Part shown: positions 7,569-17,087 of the stretch, in pieces
Layout: every line of letters begins with the position of its first letter
Numbering within the stretch: the stretch's first letter is position 1
Source of the DNA: an uncultured archaeon
Lineage (GTDB): Archaea > Iainarchaeota > Iainarchaeia > Iainarchaeales > DATDZZ01
Assembly (NCBI GenBank): GCA_964373795.1
Contig: CAYJVY010000001.1
Span: 30,001-62,000 of the forward strand
DNA length: 32,000 nucleotides
Direction of reading: 5' to 3'
Notes under the pieces: model-generated
Told to the model about the DNA's origin: nothing
Seen by the model: only the letters and a program-made list of their open reading frames with translations
Database searches by the model: none
Position numbers and translations under genes: made by a program

Positions 7569-9053
7569 TTATTTTTTCTTTAAGGAAGCTTCATCTATTT
7601 GAGCTTTTTGAAGTTTTCCTGAATAATCAATGTAAACTGTTTTCACTTCAGAGAACTCATCTATTCCTATAATTCCTGCTTCTCGAGTTCCATTTCCAGT
7701 TGATTTAATTCCTCCAAAAGGTAAATGCACTTCAGCTCCAATAGTGGAAGAATTAATGTAAGTAATTCCTGCTTCAATTTCTTCAATTGCTTTAAATGCG
7801 TAATTAATGTTTTTAGTGTAAACAGATGAACTCAAACCATATTCAATTGAATTCAAAAACTTTATTGCTTCATCAATATTTGAAGCCTTAATTAATCCAA
7901 TGCTTGGCCCGAAAATTTCTTCTTGAGCAATTCGCATATTAATTTTTACATCAGTGAAAACAGTTGGCTTGTAAAAAAATCCTTTTCCAGGCAATTCGAC
8001 TTTTTCTCCTCCAGTTAACAAGGTTGCTCCTTCTTTTACTCCAATTTCAGTATACTTGTGAACTTTTTCTAAAGCATTTTTGTTCACTAAAGGCCCTATA
8101 TCAGTTGAATCATCTAATCCAGATCCTAACTTTAATTTTTCTGTTCGTTTAATTAATTTTTCTTCAAATTCTTCTTTAATGCTTTTATGCAAAATAACTC
8201 TAGAACAAGCAGTGCATCTTTGCCCAGTTGTTCCAAACGCTCCCCATAAAACTCCTTCTAAAGCTAAATCTAAATCAGCATCCTCCATTACTGCAATTCC
8301 GTTTTTTCCTCCTAACTCTAAACCAATTTTTTTTAATCCAGCGTTTTGAGTAATCCATTCACCTGTTGCCTTTGAACCAGTAAAAGAAACTCCTCTAATA
8401 TTTTTATGTTTCACCAAAGGATTTCCAACCTCTTCTCCTAAACCTGTAACAATATTTATTACTCCTTCAGGCACTCCTGCTTCAATTAATAATTCTACAA
8501 ACGCGTAAGCAGAAAGAGGAGTATCACTTGAAGGCTTTAAAACCATTGAATTTCCACAAATTAATGCAGGAGCAATCTTCCAAGCAGGAATTGCAATAGG
8601 AAAATTCCAAGGAGTAATTAATCCCACAACTCCTAAAGGCCTTTTAACAGTCATTGCAAACTTGTTTTTCAACTCAGAAGGAGTTGTATGCCCAAAAAGA
8701 CGGCGCCCCTCGCCAGCCATGTATTCAAGTACATCAATTGCTTCTTGAACATCTCCTCGTGTTTCTTTTAATATTTTTCCCATTTCCTTTGTTTCTAAAA
8801 CAGCTAGTCTTTCTTTACTTTTTTTCAATAAATGCGCTGCTTCTAATAAAATTTCTCCTCGTTTTGGAGCAGGCAATTTACTCCACTCAGGAAAAGCTTT
8901 CCAAGCAGCTTTCACTGCTTCGTCTACTTCTTTTTTTCCGCCTAATTGAAATACTCCTACAACTTCTGAAGGCTTTGCAGGATTAATTGAATTAAATGTT
9001 TTCCTTGACTTAACTTGTTTTCCTCCAATTAAGTGAAAAAATTCTTTAACCAT
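7569..9053 (-). CDS. NAD(P)+-dependent aldehyde dehydrogenase family protein
   Basis: 494 aa with [17 protein letters not shown], the glutamate motif LELGGKNG and the catalytic-Cys motif GQRCTACSR. Substrate (succinate/glutamate/aminoadipate semialdehyde etc.) is not assignable by eye. Confidence 0.92.
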   Translation of the reverse strand: MVKEFFHLIGGKQVKSRKTFNSINPAKPSEVVGVFQLGGKKEVDEAVKAAWKAFPEWSKLPAPKRGEILLEAAHLLKKSKERLAVLETKEMGKILKETRGDVQEAIDVLEYMAGEGRRLFGHTTPSELKNKFAMTVKRPLGVVGLITPWNFPIAIPAWKIAPALICGNSMVLKPSSDTPLSAYAFVELLIEAGVPEGVINIVTGLGEEVGNPLVKHKNIRGVSFTGSKATGEWITQNAGLKKIGLELGGKNGIAVMEDADLDLALEGVLWGAFGTTGQRCTACSRVILHKSIKEEFEEKLIKRTEKLKLGSGLDDSTDIGPLVNKNALEKVHKYTEIGVKEGATLLTGGEKVELPGKGFFYKPTVFTDVKINMRIAQEEIFGPSIGLIKASNIDEAIKFLNSIEYGLSSSVYTKNINYAFKAIEEIEAGITYINSSTIGAEVHLPFGGIKSTGNGTREAGIIGIDEFSEVKTVYIDYSGKLQKAQIDEASLKKK

Positions 9054-9167
9054 TTCATCGCCAAATAAAAAAATGCAATAAAATTAGTGCCTTTCAAAAT
9101 AAAAGTTTTTCGTGAGCAGTATTTGAAAAAACACAGTTAATTAAATCTTTTTCTCAGCAAGTATTTC

Positions 9168-9650
9168 ATGCGAAGAATAAAAGTATTCAAGGTTTCACAT
9201 CCAAACTCTTTAGTTGAATGGTATAAGGTTAGAAATCCTTTAAGGGTTGCATGGAATTTTTTATTGATTTATGTTTCAAGAATTTTGCCTTCACTTGCAT
9301 TAAAGCGTTTTCTTCTTAGATTAACTGGAATGAAAATAGGCAAAAATGTTTCAATTGGATTCATGTCAATGTTTGACATTATGTGGCCAGAACTAATTTC
9401 AATTAAGGACAACTGTGTAATAGGATATAATGCAACAATTCTTTGCCACGAGTTTTTAATAAAAGAATATAGGTTAGGAGAAGTTGTTTTAGAAGAAAAT
9501 GTTTTAATTGGAGCAAACTCTCTTGTATTGCCTGGAGTAAGAATTGGAAAAAACTCAATTGTTTCAGCAATGAGTTTAGTGAATAAAGATGTTTTAGAAA
9601 ACTCTTTTGTTGGAGGTGTGCCAGCAAAAAAAATTAAAGTGAATTCATGA
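9168..9650 (+). CDS. left-handed beta-helix (hexapeptide-repeat) acyl/acetyltransferase, WcaF/LacA-like
   Basis: Hexapeptide-type repeats IGKNVSIG...IGYNATI...IGANSLVLPGVRIGKNSIV...VGGVPAKKI. Confidence 0.8.
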   Translation: MRRIKVFKVSHPNSLVEWYKVRNPLRVAWNFLLIYVSRILPSLALKRFLLRLTGMKIGKNVSIGFMSMFDIMWPELISIKDNCVIGYNATILCHEFLIKEYRLGEVVLEENVLIGANSLVLPGVRIGKNSIVSAMSLVNKDVLENSFVGGVPAKKIKVNS

Positions 9651-10249
9651 ATTTAAAAAAAATCTTGTTTTGGATTATCATTATTGCAAATGTTTTAGGA
9701 ATTCTTTACGGAGTAATATTCTTTTATTCCACAGCATTAATGCAAGCAATCTCTATGGGAGAATTGTGGAAGGTTTTGTTTATTCCTGATTCTCCAATGT
9801 CAACTTTTTTTATTACTCTTTCATTGATTTTAATTTTTTTTGGTTTTGAAAAAAAATTGAATTTAATTCACTTGCTTGCATTTGCTTTAGCAGTGAAATA
9901 CGGTTTTTGGAGTGTATTTGTTTTAGCATTTTATTCTTCAACTTATTTAACTCAAGGAATTGAATTGTACAGTGTTTTATTTCTTGCACACATTGGATTA
10001 TTTTTAGAAGCATTTCTATTGATTTCAAAAGTTGAAGTGAAGAAATGGATGATTGCAGTTGTTTTAATTCTGCTCTTAGTAAACGATGTAAGTGATTATT
10101 TTTTTGGAACACACCCTCCATTGCCTGAAAATTCCTTGCAATTTATGTTTTTGTTTACTGGAGTTATATCAATTCTTGTAACTGCTTTTGCTTATGCTGT
10201 TTTAACTTTGAAAAAAACTCCAATACTGGATTTAATTGATCAGAAATGA
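9647..10249 (+). CDS. multi-pass membrane protein, possibly DUF1405-like
   Basis: 200 aa with about 6 TM segments. Its start overlaps the acyltransferase stop (ATGA), which implies translational coupling. The family guess is weak. Confidence 0.6.
   Translation: MNLKKILFWIIIIANVLGILYGVIFFYSTALMQAISMGELWKVLFIPDSPMSTFFITLSLILIFFGFEKKLNLIHLLAFALAVKYGFWSVFVLAFYSSTYLTQGIELYSVLFLAHIGLFLEAFLLISKVEVKKWMIAVVLILLLVNDVSDYFFGTHPPLPENSLQFMFLFTGVISILVTAFAYAVLTLKKTPILDLIDQK
10218..10233. repeat. left copy of a 16-bp perfect direct repeat CTCCAATACTGGATTT (inside the 3' end of the membrane-protein gene)
   Basis: Identical 16-mer at 10973-10988. Here it encodes (T)PILDL of the C-terminus KKTPILDLIDQK*. Confidence 0.9.
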
Positions 10250-10295
10250 CACTTATAAATTGTATGTGAGAATGATAATGTTGGAGGCAATTTAA

Positions 10296-10913
10296 TTGCT
10301 TAAAAATTTTTTCAAGTCTAGAGAAGAAAGTTTTTGGAATTGGTTTAAAGAAAACTCTAAAGAATTGTTTGAATTTGATCCAGACAAGAACAGCCAAGAA
10401 ATAGTTTCAGAACTCAGAAAAGAATTAAACAAAGTCAACCCTGGATTGGTTTGGGAACTTGGACCAACACTAAAAGGAAAAAGAGAATTCACTATAAGTG
10501 CCGATGGAATAAGGAAATTGTTTCCAGAGGTAATAAAACTCGTGGAGAAGGCTCCAAAGATTGAACAATGGAAAATTTTAGCATTCAGGCAGAGAACAAA
10601 TCTAAAAAACACTTCAATCATTACAATAGACGGGTTAAAAGTTGCATTAAAGGAAATTTATTTCGAAGTCAAAGACGATAAAGGCAGGCTAGGAATAACT
10701 TTGTACATAAAAAACTACCATAAAGAAGACAAAAGATTCAATCAAGCAGCCTTTCTGCTTTTAGACACCCTACTAGGCGAATATGATGTTGAAACAAAAA
10801 TAGGATTCATCGAAATATTTCCACTTGCGGAAGATAAGAAAAAGTTACTGCAATTGAACAAACTACCAAATATTATTGACAGAATTGAACCAGAAAAAAC
10901 AATTGCGGCATAA
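10296..10913 (+). CDS. hypothetical cytoplasmic protein (205 aa), TTG start
   Basis: GGAGG at 10282-10286 lies 9 nt upstream of TTG 10296, and there is no in-frame ATG nearby. The sequence is soluble and non-repetitive, with no family recognised. It is bracketed by the 16-bp direct repeats. Confidence 0.6.
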   Translation: MLKNFFKSREESFWNWFKENSKELFEFDPDKNSQEIVSELRKELNKVNPGLVWELGPTLKGKREFTISADGIRKLFPEVIKLVEKAPKIEQWKILAFRQRTNLKNTSIITIDGLKVALKEIYFEVKDDKGRLGITLYIKNYHKEDKRFNQAAFLLLDTLLGEYDVETKIGFIEIFPLAEDKKKLLQLNKLPNIIDRIEPEKTIAA

Positions 10914-10972
10914 CCTTAATTGAAAGGAATTTTTTATACATCTGAGAAGAAACACTCAAGTACAAAGAATTG

Positions 10973-10988
10973 CTCCAATACTGGATTT
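10973..10988. repeat. right copy of the 16-bp direct repeat CTCCAATACTGGATTT (intergenic)
   Basis: In the matching frame the surrounding sequence reads IAPILDLFENKKIKI*. This resembles the C-terminus TPILDLIDQK* of the gene ending at 10249, so it looks like a duplicated or relic gene end. Confidence 0.9.
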
Positions 10989-11140
10989 GTTTGAAAATAA
11001 AAAAATTAAAATTTAAGTTAAATTACAGTTAATCTCCCAGTTGAAATTATACTTTTTTCAAACAAAAATTTTGCAAAATTTTAAAAGAAAAAGCCATTAG
11101 TTTTAATCTCTAATTTTAAACCAAAACCTTTATATATCAT

Positions 11141-11551
11141 ATGAAACATAATTCATATATTCCTTGTTTGGAGAACTGTTTTATGCAGATACTTGAATCG
11201 AAGCCGTATAATTTGTGTTTTGATACTCTTGCAAACGAGTTAAGAATTAGTATTTTAAAGTCTTTAAGTAATGGATCTAAATCAGTTGAAGAAATAGTTA
11301 AAGAAACTCAGGCTGAACAATCCAGAGTTAGTCATTCACTGAAAATACTTAAAGTATGCAATTACGTTGAAGTGAAAAAAAAAGGAAAGCAACACATTTA
11401 TTCCTTAAAAAAAGGTTTAACTGCTTCAACTCAAGTTAATACTAACAGCAAAAAACCATTGCATTTAGCTTTTCTAGATTACCATGTTGAAAACTTTTGC
11501 CATAATGAATGCAAAAAACACGAATTATTATCAGTAAATAAAAAGGAGTGA
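11141..11551 (+). CDS. ArsR/SmtB-family winged-helix regulator at the head of the suf operon
   Basis: LANELRISILKSLSNGSKSVEEIVKETQAEQSRVSHSLKILKVCNYVEVKKKGKQHIYSL is an ArsR-type wHTH. The C-terminal tail carries CHNEC. The start is uncertain: ATG 11141 sits only ~5 nt after a TATA-like TTTATATAT (11129-11137). ATG 11183 has GGAGA 8 nt upstream and may be the real start. Confidence 0.75.
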   Translation: MKHNSYIPCLENCFMQILESKPYNLCFDTLANELRISILKSLSNGSKSVEEIVKETQAEQSRVSHSLKILKVCNYVEVKKKGKQHIYSLKKGLTASTQVNTNSKKPLHLAFLDYHVENFCHNECKKHELLSVNKKE

Positions 11552-11555
11552 AAAA

Positions 11556-12353
11556 ATGACTGCTTTAGAAATAATTGATTTACATGCAAGCGTGGAAGGA
11601 AAAGAAATCTTGAAAGGAATTAATTTAAGAATTGAAAAAGGAGAAATTCATGCAATCATGGGGCCAAATGGAAGTGGAAAAAGCACTTTATCAAACATTA
11701 TAATGGGGCATCCAAAATATGAAGTCACTCAAGGAAAAATTTTCTTCAACGACAAAAATGTTTTAGGAATGACTCCAGATGAAAGAGGCAGAACAGGATT
11801 ATTTTTATCTTTTCAATATCCTTTTGAAATTCAAGGACTAGGTTTTACTAGATTTTTATTGGCAGCATTTAAGGCAAGGTTTCCTGAAAAAGAAATTAAT
11901 CCACTTGACTTGCAAAAATTGTTAAAAGAAAAAGCAGAATTATTGCACTTCAAATCTGAAATGATTAGAAGAGAATTAAATGTAGGTTTTTCTGGAGGAG
12001 AAAAAAAACGCGCGGAAATTCTTCAAATGCTTGTATTACAGCCTTCAATGGCTTTACTGGATGAAACAGATTCAGGACTAGATATTGATTCATTGAAATT
12101 AGTTTCCGATGCTGTTAACTCAATGCGTTCAAAAGAATTCAGTGCATTAATTGTAACTCATTATAAAAGAATTTTAAATTACTTAAAACCAGATTTTGTT
12201 CACGTACTATGCAATGGAAAAATTATTGCTTCAGGGGATAAAACTTTAGCAGACAAATTAGAAGAAAAAGGATATAAAGAATTTTTAATTGAACAAGGAA
12301 TTGAAGAAAAAGTTGTTAAAGAAGTAGAAAAAGCAGAGGAAACAAATGCCTGA
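11556..12353 (+). CDS. sufC: Fe-S cluster assembly ATPase SufC
   Basis: Walker [13 protein letters not shown] signature FSGGEKKR and Walker [13 protein letters not shown]. The length (265 aa) and position before sufB fit SufC. AAGGAGTG SD is present. Confidence 0.97.
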   Translation: MTALEIIDLHASVEGKEILKGINLRIEKGEIHAIMGPNGSGKSTLSNIIMGHPKYEVTQGKIFFNDKNVLGMTPDERGRTGLFLSFQYPFEIQGLGFTRFLLAAFKARFPEKEINPLDLQKLLKEKAELLHFKSEMIRRELNVGFSGGEKKRAEILQMLVLQPSMALLDETDSGLDIDSLKLVSDAVNSMRSKEFSALIVTHYKRILNYLKPDFVHVLCNGKIIASGDKTLADKLEEKGYKEFLIEQGIEEKVVKEVEKAEETNA

Positions 12354-14241
12354 AAACACTAAACAAGAAGTTTTAGCTTCTTCAAGAGATTACACTAAAT
12401 ATGACTTTCATTACAATACAAAAGACTATGATGTAATTTTAGAAAAAGGATTAAATGAAGACATAGTTAAACAAATTTCTAAAATTAAAAACGAACCTCA
12501 ATGGATGTTAGATTTTAGATTAAAAGCTTTAAAAGCATTCATGGAAAAAGCAATGCCTTCATGGGGAGCTAATTTATCTAAGATTAATTTTGATGAAATA
12601 ACTTATTACTTAAAGCCTTCAGGTGAAAAAAAAAGTTGGGAAGAAGTTCCTCAATACATTAAAGAAACATTTGACAGACTTGGAATTCCTGATGCTGAAA
12701 GAAAATTTTTAGCAGGAGTAGGAGCTCAAATTGATTCAGAAGTAGTATATCATAATATTAGAAAAGACTTAGAAAAACTTGGAGTAGTTTTTTTAAGCAT
12801 GGATGAAGGATTAAAACAGTTTCCTGAAATAGTGAAAAAATATTTCGCAACAATTATTCCATTAAATGACAATAAATTTGCTGCACTAAATTCAGCTGTA
12901 TGGAGTGGGGGAAGCTTTGTATTCATTCCTCCAAACACTAAAGTCCATATTCCTTTACAAGCATATTTCAGAATTAACGCTGAAAGAATGGGTCAATTTG
13001 AAAGAACATTAATTGTTGTAGGAGAAAACTCTCAAGTACATTACATTGAAGGCTGCTTTACTGCAGGAACTGAAATAAAAACTTATGAGAGTCCTAAAAA
13101 AATTGAGGAAATTAAAGTTGGCGAGAAAGTATTAACTCATACAGGAGAATACAAAAAAGTTTATCACACTCAAGTAAGACCTTACACAGGAAAAATTTAT
13201 TCAATTGAATATGTGATAAATGGAAAGAGTGTAAAAACTGAGGCAACAGAAGAACATCCTTTTTTAGGTACAAAACAAAAAGAAGGAAAATTAGAATGGA
13301 TTAATGCAAATAAATTACAACAACAAAATTATTTAGCAGTTTTATTAGAAAACACTCAAACAAGTGAAGAAATTTCAATTGGAAATCAACAAATGCTACA
13401 AAAAATTAACGCAAAATATGCATTTGTTCCAATAAAGAAAATCTCTGCTAAAGAAGTAGAAAATCTACCTGTATATAATTTTAGCGTAGAAAAAGATGAA
13501 AGTTATATTGCAAACGGCGTTGCAGTACATAACTGCACTGCCCCACAATTTTCAAGTGATTCATTGCATGCAGCAGTTGTAGAAGTAATTGCTTTACCTG
13601 GAGCCCATGTAAGATATACTACAATTCAAAACTGGGCTGATAATATTTATAACTTGGTTACAAAAAGAGCTTATGCGTACAGGGATTCTACAGTGGAATG
13701 GATTGATTGTAATTTAGGTAGCCAAGTTACAATGAAATATCCTTCTGTTTATTTAATGGAGGCAGGCTCGAAAGCAGAGATTTTAAGTGTAGCTTTAGCT
13801 GGAAAAAATCAGCACCAAGATGCTGGAGCAAAAGTAATTCATTTAGCTTCAAACACTACTTCAAGAATTACAAGCAAAAGCATTAGCAAGGACGGAGGAA
13901 GAACTTCTTACAGAGGACAAGTAAAAGTGTATAAAGGAGCTAAAAACGTGAAATCAAATGTAGTATGTGATGCATTAATTTTAGATAAAGATTCTCGTTC
14001 AGATACTTATCCTTGCATTGATATTGATGAACCAACTGCAACAATTGCTCATGAAGCAAGCGTTGGAAAAATCAGTGAAGAACAATTATTTTATTTAATG
14101 TCTAGAGGATTAAAAGAACAAGAAGCATTAACAATGATTGTAATGGGTTTCATTCAACCATTTGCTAAAACCCTTCCAATGGAATATGCAATTGAATTAA
14201 ACAGGTTAATTGAAGTGCAAATGGAAAACTCGGTTGGCTAA
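12346..14241 (+). CDS. sufB: Fe-S cluster assembly scaffold SufB, interrupted by a 160-aa mini-intein
   Basis: The exteins read ...[11 protein letters not shown] / [34 protein letters not shown]...[21 protein letters not shown]...ENSVG. This tracks the E. coli SufB block YIEGCSAP...LHAAVVEV...STVQNW...HEAT...GEDQLFY...EHSVG. 631 aa minus 160 aa gives 471 aa, a normal SufB length. The start overlaps the sufC stop (ATGCCTGA). Confidence 0.95.
   Translation: MPENTKQEVLASSRDYTKYDFHYNTKDYDVILEKGLNEDIVKQISKIKNEPQWMLDFRLKALKAFMEKAMPSWGANLSKINFDEITYYLKPSGEKKSWEEVPQYIKETFDRLGIPDAERKFLAGVGAQIDSEVVYHNIRKDLEKLGVVFLSMDEGLKQFPEIVKKYFATIIPLNDNKFAALNSAVWSGGSFVFIPPNTKVHIPLQAYFRINAERMGQFERTLIVVGENSQVHYIEGCFTAGTEIKTYESPKKIEEIKVGEKVLTHTGEYKKVYHTQVRPYTGKIYSIEYVINGKSVKTEATEEHPFLGTKQKEGKLEWINANKLQQQNYLAVLLENTQTSEEISIGNQQMLQKINAKYAFVPIKKISAKEVENLPVYNFSVEKDESYIANGVAVHNCTAPQFSSDSLHAAVVEVIALPGAHVRYTTIQNWADNIYNLVTKRAYAYRDSTVEWIDCNLGSQVTMKYPSVYLMEAGSKAEILSVALAGKNQHQDAGAKVIHLASNTTSRITSKSISKDGGRTSYRGQVKVYKGAKNVKSNVVCDALILDKDSRSDTYPCIDIDEPTATIAHEASVGKISEEQLFYLMSRGLKEQEALTMIVMGFIQPFAKTLPMEYAIELNRLIEVQMENSVG
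13054..13533 (+). mobile_element. mini-intein (Hint domain, no homing-endonuclease domain) inserted in-frame in sufB
   Basis: Cys1 (TGC 13054-13056) begins [10 protein letters not shown] (block A). [10 protein letters not shown] supplies the TxxH block [22 protein letters not shown] provides blocks F/G with terminal His-Asn (AAC 13531-13533), followed by +1 Cys (TGC 13534-13536) of CTAP. 160 aa leaves no room for a LAGLIDADG/HNH domain. Confidence 0.88.
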
Positions 14242-14271
14242 GCTTTTGAAACTGTTTCAACTGGTGAAAAA

Positions 14272-15435
14272 ATGCAGGAATTAAAATTAATTAAAACTTT
14301 TGCGCACGAACCTAAATGGCTTGAATTGTATAGAGAAAAAAATGCGCAAATAGTTAAAGAAAGGCCTTTGAAAAAACATTTATATTTTAATTTAAATGAA
14401 TTAAATAAAGCAATTGAAAGCAAAGAAGTAAACAGCAATGCTGAAAATGTTTTGCCAAAAGAATTAGAAAAACTTGGATTAAAAGTAATGGATTGGAAAA
14501 CTGCCTTGCAAAAAGTTGAATCTGAATTGCAAGCAATTTTAGAAAACGAGCAAACAGCTAAAAACCAATTTGAAGCATTCATTAATGCAAACTTTAATTC
14601 TGGATTTATAGTAATTGTTCCAAAAAACTTTGATTCAAAAAAATTAATTGAATTAAATATTCGAGTTTCTGAAAACTGTATTGCCAAAAATATTTTTTTA
14701 ATTGAAGAAAATATTCAAGGAATAAAAATTAGTGAAACAATTGAAGGGCAAAAACTGTTTTGCAGCGAAGTAATTAAAGTAAAACCTGATTCAGAAATAT
14801 TTTTTGTTCGAACTCATAATGAGAAAGGATTATGCTTTGCTTTTCAGCAAACAATTATTGAAAAAAATGCAAGGCTTCAAAACACTAATTTATGGATTGA
14901 AGCAGATTTCTTGAAAGGCGGAACAATTAATGCCTTGCATGGTCAAGGAGCAAATATACAGCAATTTGATTTAATTTTGTCAAACAAAAATCAAAAAGTT
15001 GATTTAAATCAAATGTTACTACATATTGCAACTGATTCAACTAGTTTCAGTGTATTAAAAAACGTGTTATTTGATGAATCAAAAAATGTTTTTGATGGAA
15101 TGATTAAAATTCTTCCTTCAGGGCAGAGAACTAATGCATTACTTCAAGCGCATTCAATTTTGTTGAGTGAGAATGCTTCAAGCAATAATTCTCCTGGACT
15201 AGAAATTGAAGCAGATGATGTAAAAGCAACTCATTCAGCTAGCGTTGAACAAATAGATGAAGAACAATTATTTTACTTACAGTCACGAGGAGTAAACAAA
15301 CTTGAAGCAAAACAAATGATTGTATTAGGGTTTCTTGAAAGCATGGTAAATAAAATTCATGAAGAATTTCATGAAAAATTATTTAACGTGATTTCAAGTA
15401 AATGGAAAAAAATTCAAGGCGAAAAAAATGTTTAA
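14272..15435 (+). CDS. sufD: Fe-S cluster assembly protein SufD
   Basis: 387 aa with a SufB/D C-terminal beta-helix region and the motif HSASVEQIDEEQLFYLQSRGV, paralogous to the Suf[22 protein letters not shown]. It sits between sufB and sufS. Confidence 0.9.
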   Translation: MQELKLIKTFAHEPKWLELYREKNAQIVKERPLKKHLYFNLNELNKAIESKEVNSNAENVLPKELEKLGLKVMDWKTALQKVESELQAILENEQTAKNQFEAFINANFNSGFIVIVPKNFDSKKLIELNIRVSENCIAKNIFLIEENIQGIKISETIEGQKLFCSEVIKVKPDSEIFFVRTHNEKGLCFAFQQTIIEKNARLQNTNLWIEADFLKGGTINALHGQGANIQQFDLILSNKNQKVDLNQMLLHIATDSTSFSVLKNVLFDESKNVFDGMIKILPSGQRTNALLQAHSILLSENASSNNSPGLEIEADDVKATHSASVEQIDEEQLFYLQSRGVNKLEAKQMIVLGFLESMVNKIHEEFHEKLFNVISSKWKKIQGEKNV

Positions 15436-16648
15436 TCCTGAAAAAGTTAGGGAAGATTTTCCAATACTGAAAAGAAAAATTAAGGGCAAGCCATTAATTT
15501 ACTTAGATAATGCTGCTACAACTCAAAAACCAAGGCAAGTAATTGAGTCAATAGTGGATTATTATTCAAATTATAATGCAAATGTTCACAGAGGCTTGCA
15601 TCAATTAAGTGAAGAAGCTTCTCAAGCATTTGAACAAGCTCATAAAAAAACAGCTGAATTCATTAATGCTAATTCAATACAGGAAATTGTTTTCACTAAA
15701 AACACTACTGAAGCATTAAATTTAGCTGCATATACTTTAACTCAAAATCTTTCAAAAGGAGACGAAATAGTGATTTCAAAAATGGAGCATCATTCAAATT
15801 TTGTTCCATGGCAGCAACTTGCTTTACAAAAAGGATTAAAACTGAAATTCATTGAAGTAAACTCTAATGGAACTTTGAATTTGAATGACTTAAATGAATT
15901 GATTTCAAGGAAAACCAAGATTGTTTCAGTAAACTTTGTTTCAAATGTTTTAGGAACAATTAATGATGTAAAAAAAATTGAAAAAATTGCTCATGAAAAT
16001 AATTCAATATTTGTAGTTGACGCGGCTCAAGCAGTTCCTCACATAAAAGTTGATGTAAAAAAATTGAATGCAGATTTCCTTGCCTTTTCAGGACATAAAA
16101 TGCTTGGCCCTACAGGAATAGGAGTTTTATATGGAAAAAAACACATATTGGAAGAATTAAATCCATTCTTATTTGGAGGGGATATGATTTCAGAGGTTTC
16201 ATTAAATGAAACTTCTTTCAATGAATTGCCTTGGAAATTTGAAGCAGGCACTCCAAATATTGCTGGAGCAATTGGTTTAGCTGCAGCAATTGATTACTTG
16301 AATTTAATTGGATTGGAAAGCATTGAAAAACATGAAAAGGAATTGCTTAAATACTCTTTAGAAAAATTAAAAGAAATTGATGGAATAATTTTCTATGGAT
16401 CTGAAGACTTAAATAATAGAACTGGAGTTATTTCATTTAATTTGAAAGGCGTGCATCCACACGACGTTTCAACAATTTTAAATGAAAATGGAATAGCAAT
16501 TAGAGCAGGAGATCATTGTGCTCAACCATTAATGAAAGAATTAGGAATAATCGGCTCGAATAGAATAAGTTTTTACTTGTACAACTTGAAAAAGGAAGTA
16601 GATGAAGTAGTGAAATCTTTAACTCAAACAATTAAATTATTTAGGTAA
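15428..16648 (+). CDS. sufS: cysteine desulfurase SufS (class V aminotransferase, group II)
   Basis: FPIL...IYLDNAATTQKP, HRG.H, PLP-lysine motif FSGHKMLGPTGIGVLYG and catalytic-Cys loop RAGDHCAQP. The start overlaps the sufD stop (ATGTTTAA). Confidence 0.95.
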   Translation: MFNPEKVREDFPILKRKIKGKPLIYLDNAATTQKPRQVIESIVDYYSNYNANVHRGLHQLSEEASQAFEQAHKKTAEFINANSIQEIVFTKNTTEALNLAAYTLTQNLSKGDEIVISKMEHHSNFVPWQQLALQKGLKLKFIEVNSNGTLNLNDLNELISRKTKIVSVNFVSNVLGTINDVKKIEKIAHENNSIFVVDAAQAVPHIKVDVKKLNADFLAFSGHKMLGPTGIGVLYGKKHILEELNPFLFGGDMISEVSLNETSFNELPWKFEAGTPNIAGAIGLAAAIDYLNLIGLESIEKHEKELLKYSLEKLKEIDGIIFYGSEDLNNRTGVISFNLKGVHPHDVSTILNENGIAIRAGDHCAQPLMKELGIIGSNRISFYLYNLKKEVDEVVKSLTQTIKLFR

Positions 16649-16653
16649 ATTAA

Positions 16654-17079
16654 ATGAATTCACTTGAACAAGCAAACGAAATTTATTCAGAAATAATTTT
16701 AGATTTATTTAAACACCCAATTAATAAGGGTTTTTTAAAAGATTTTGACTTACAAGCATCTGGCGGAAACCCTATTTGTGGAGACAAAGTGCAATTCCAA
16801 GTAAAATTCTCAAACAACAAAGTTGAAGGAATTAAATTCACTGGACAAGGATGCGCGATTTCAATGGCTTCGGCTTCAATGCTTACAGATTTAGTTAAAG
16901 GGAAAACAATTCAAGAAATAAAAAATTTAAATGAAAAAGACGTTTTTGAAGTTTTAGGAAACATTATTGAAACCAGAATTAAATGTTCTTTGCTTGGGTT
17001 AGTTGTTTTAAAGAAAGGCTTGGAAGAAATTGAAAAAAAGCCTGCAACAAAAGTCATAATTAGTTCAATTAAAATTTAA
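16654..17079 (+). CDS. sufU: SufU / IscU-like sulfur-transfer/scaffold protein
   Basis: Three conserved Cys contexts: GGNPICGDKV, GQGCAISMASASM and RIKCSLLG. There is no LPPVK motif. The length (141 aa) and position after sufS fit SufU. Confidence 0.88.
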   Translation: MNSLEQANEIYSEIILDLFKHPINKGFLKDFDLQASGGNPICGDKVQFQVKFSNNKVEGIKFTGQGCAISMASASMLTDLVKGKTIQEIKNLNEKDVFEVLGNIIETRIKCSLLGLVVLKKGLEEIEKKPATKVIISSIKI

Positions 17080-17087
17080 GTGAAAAA

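Noticed and set aside
13054-13533. Homing endonuclease (LAGLIDADG/HNH) inside the SufB intein
   Set aside because: I looked for dodecapeptide-like motifs and found none. At 160 aa the insert is the size of a bare Hint domain, so it is called a mini-intein.
14238-14687. 149-aa ORF antisense to the 5' part of sufD
   Set aside because: Same antisense artefact of K/E/N-rich coding sequence. sufD fits the operon and has the conserved SufB/D C-terminal motif.
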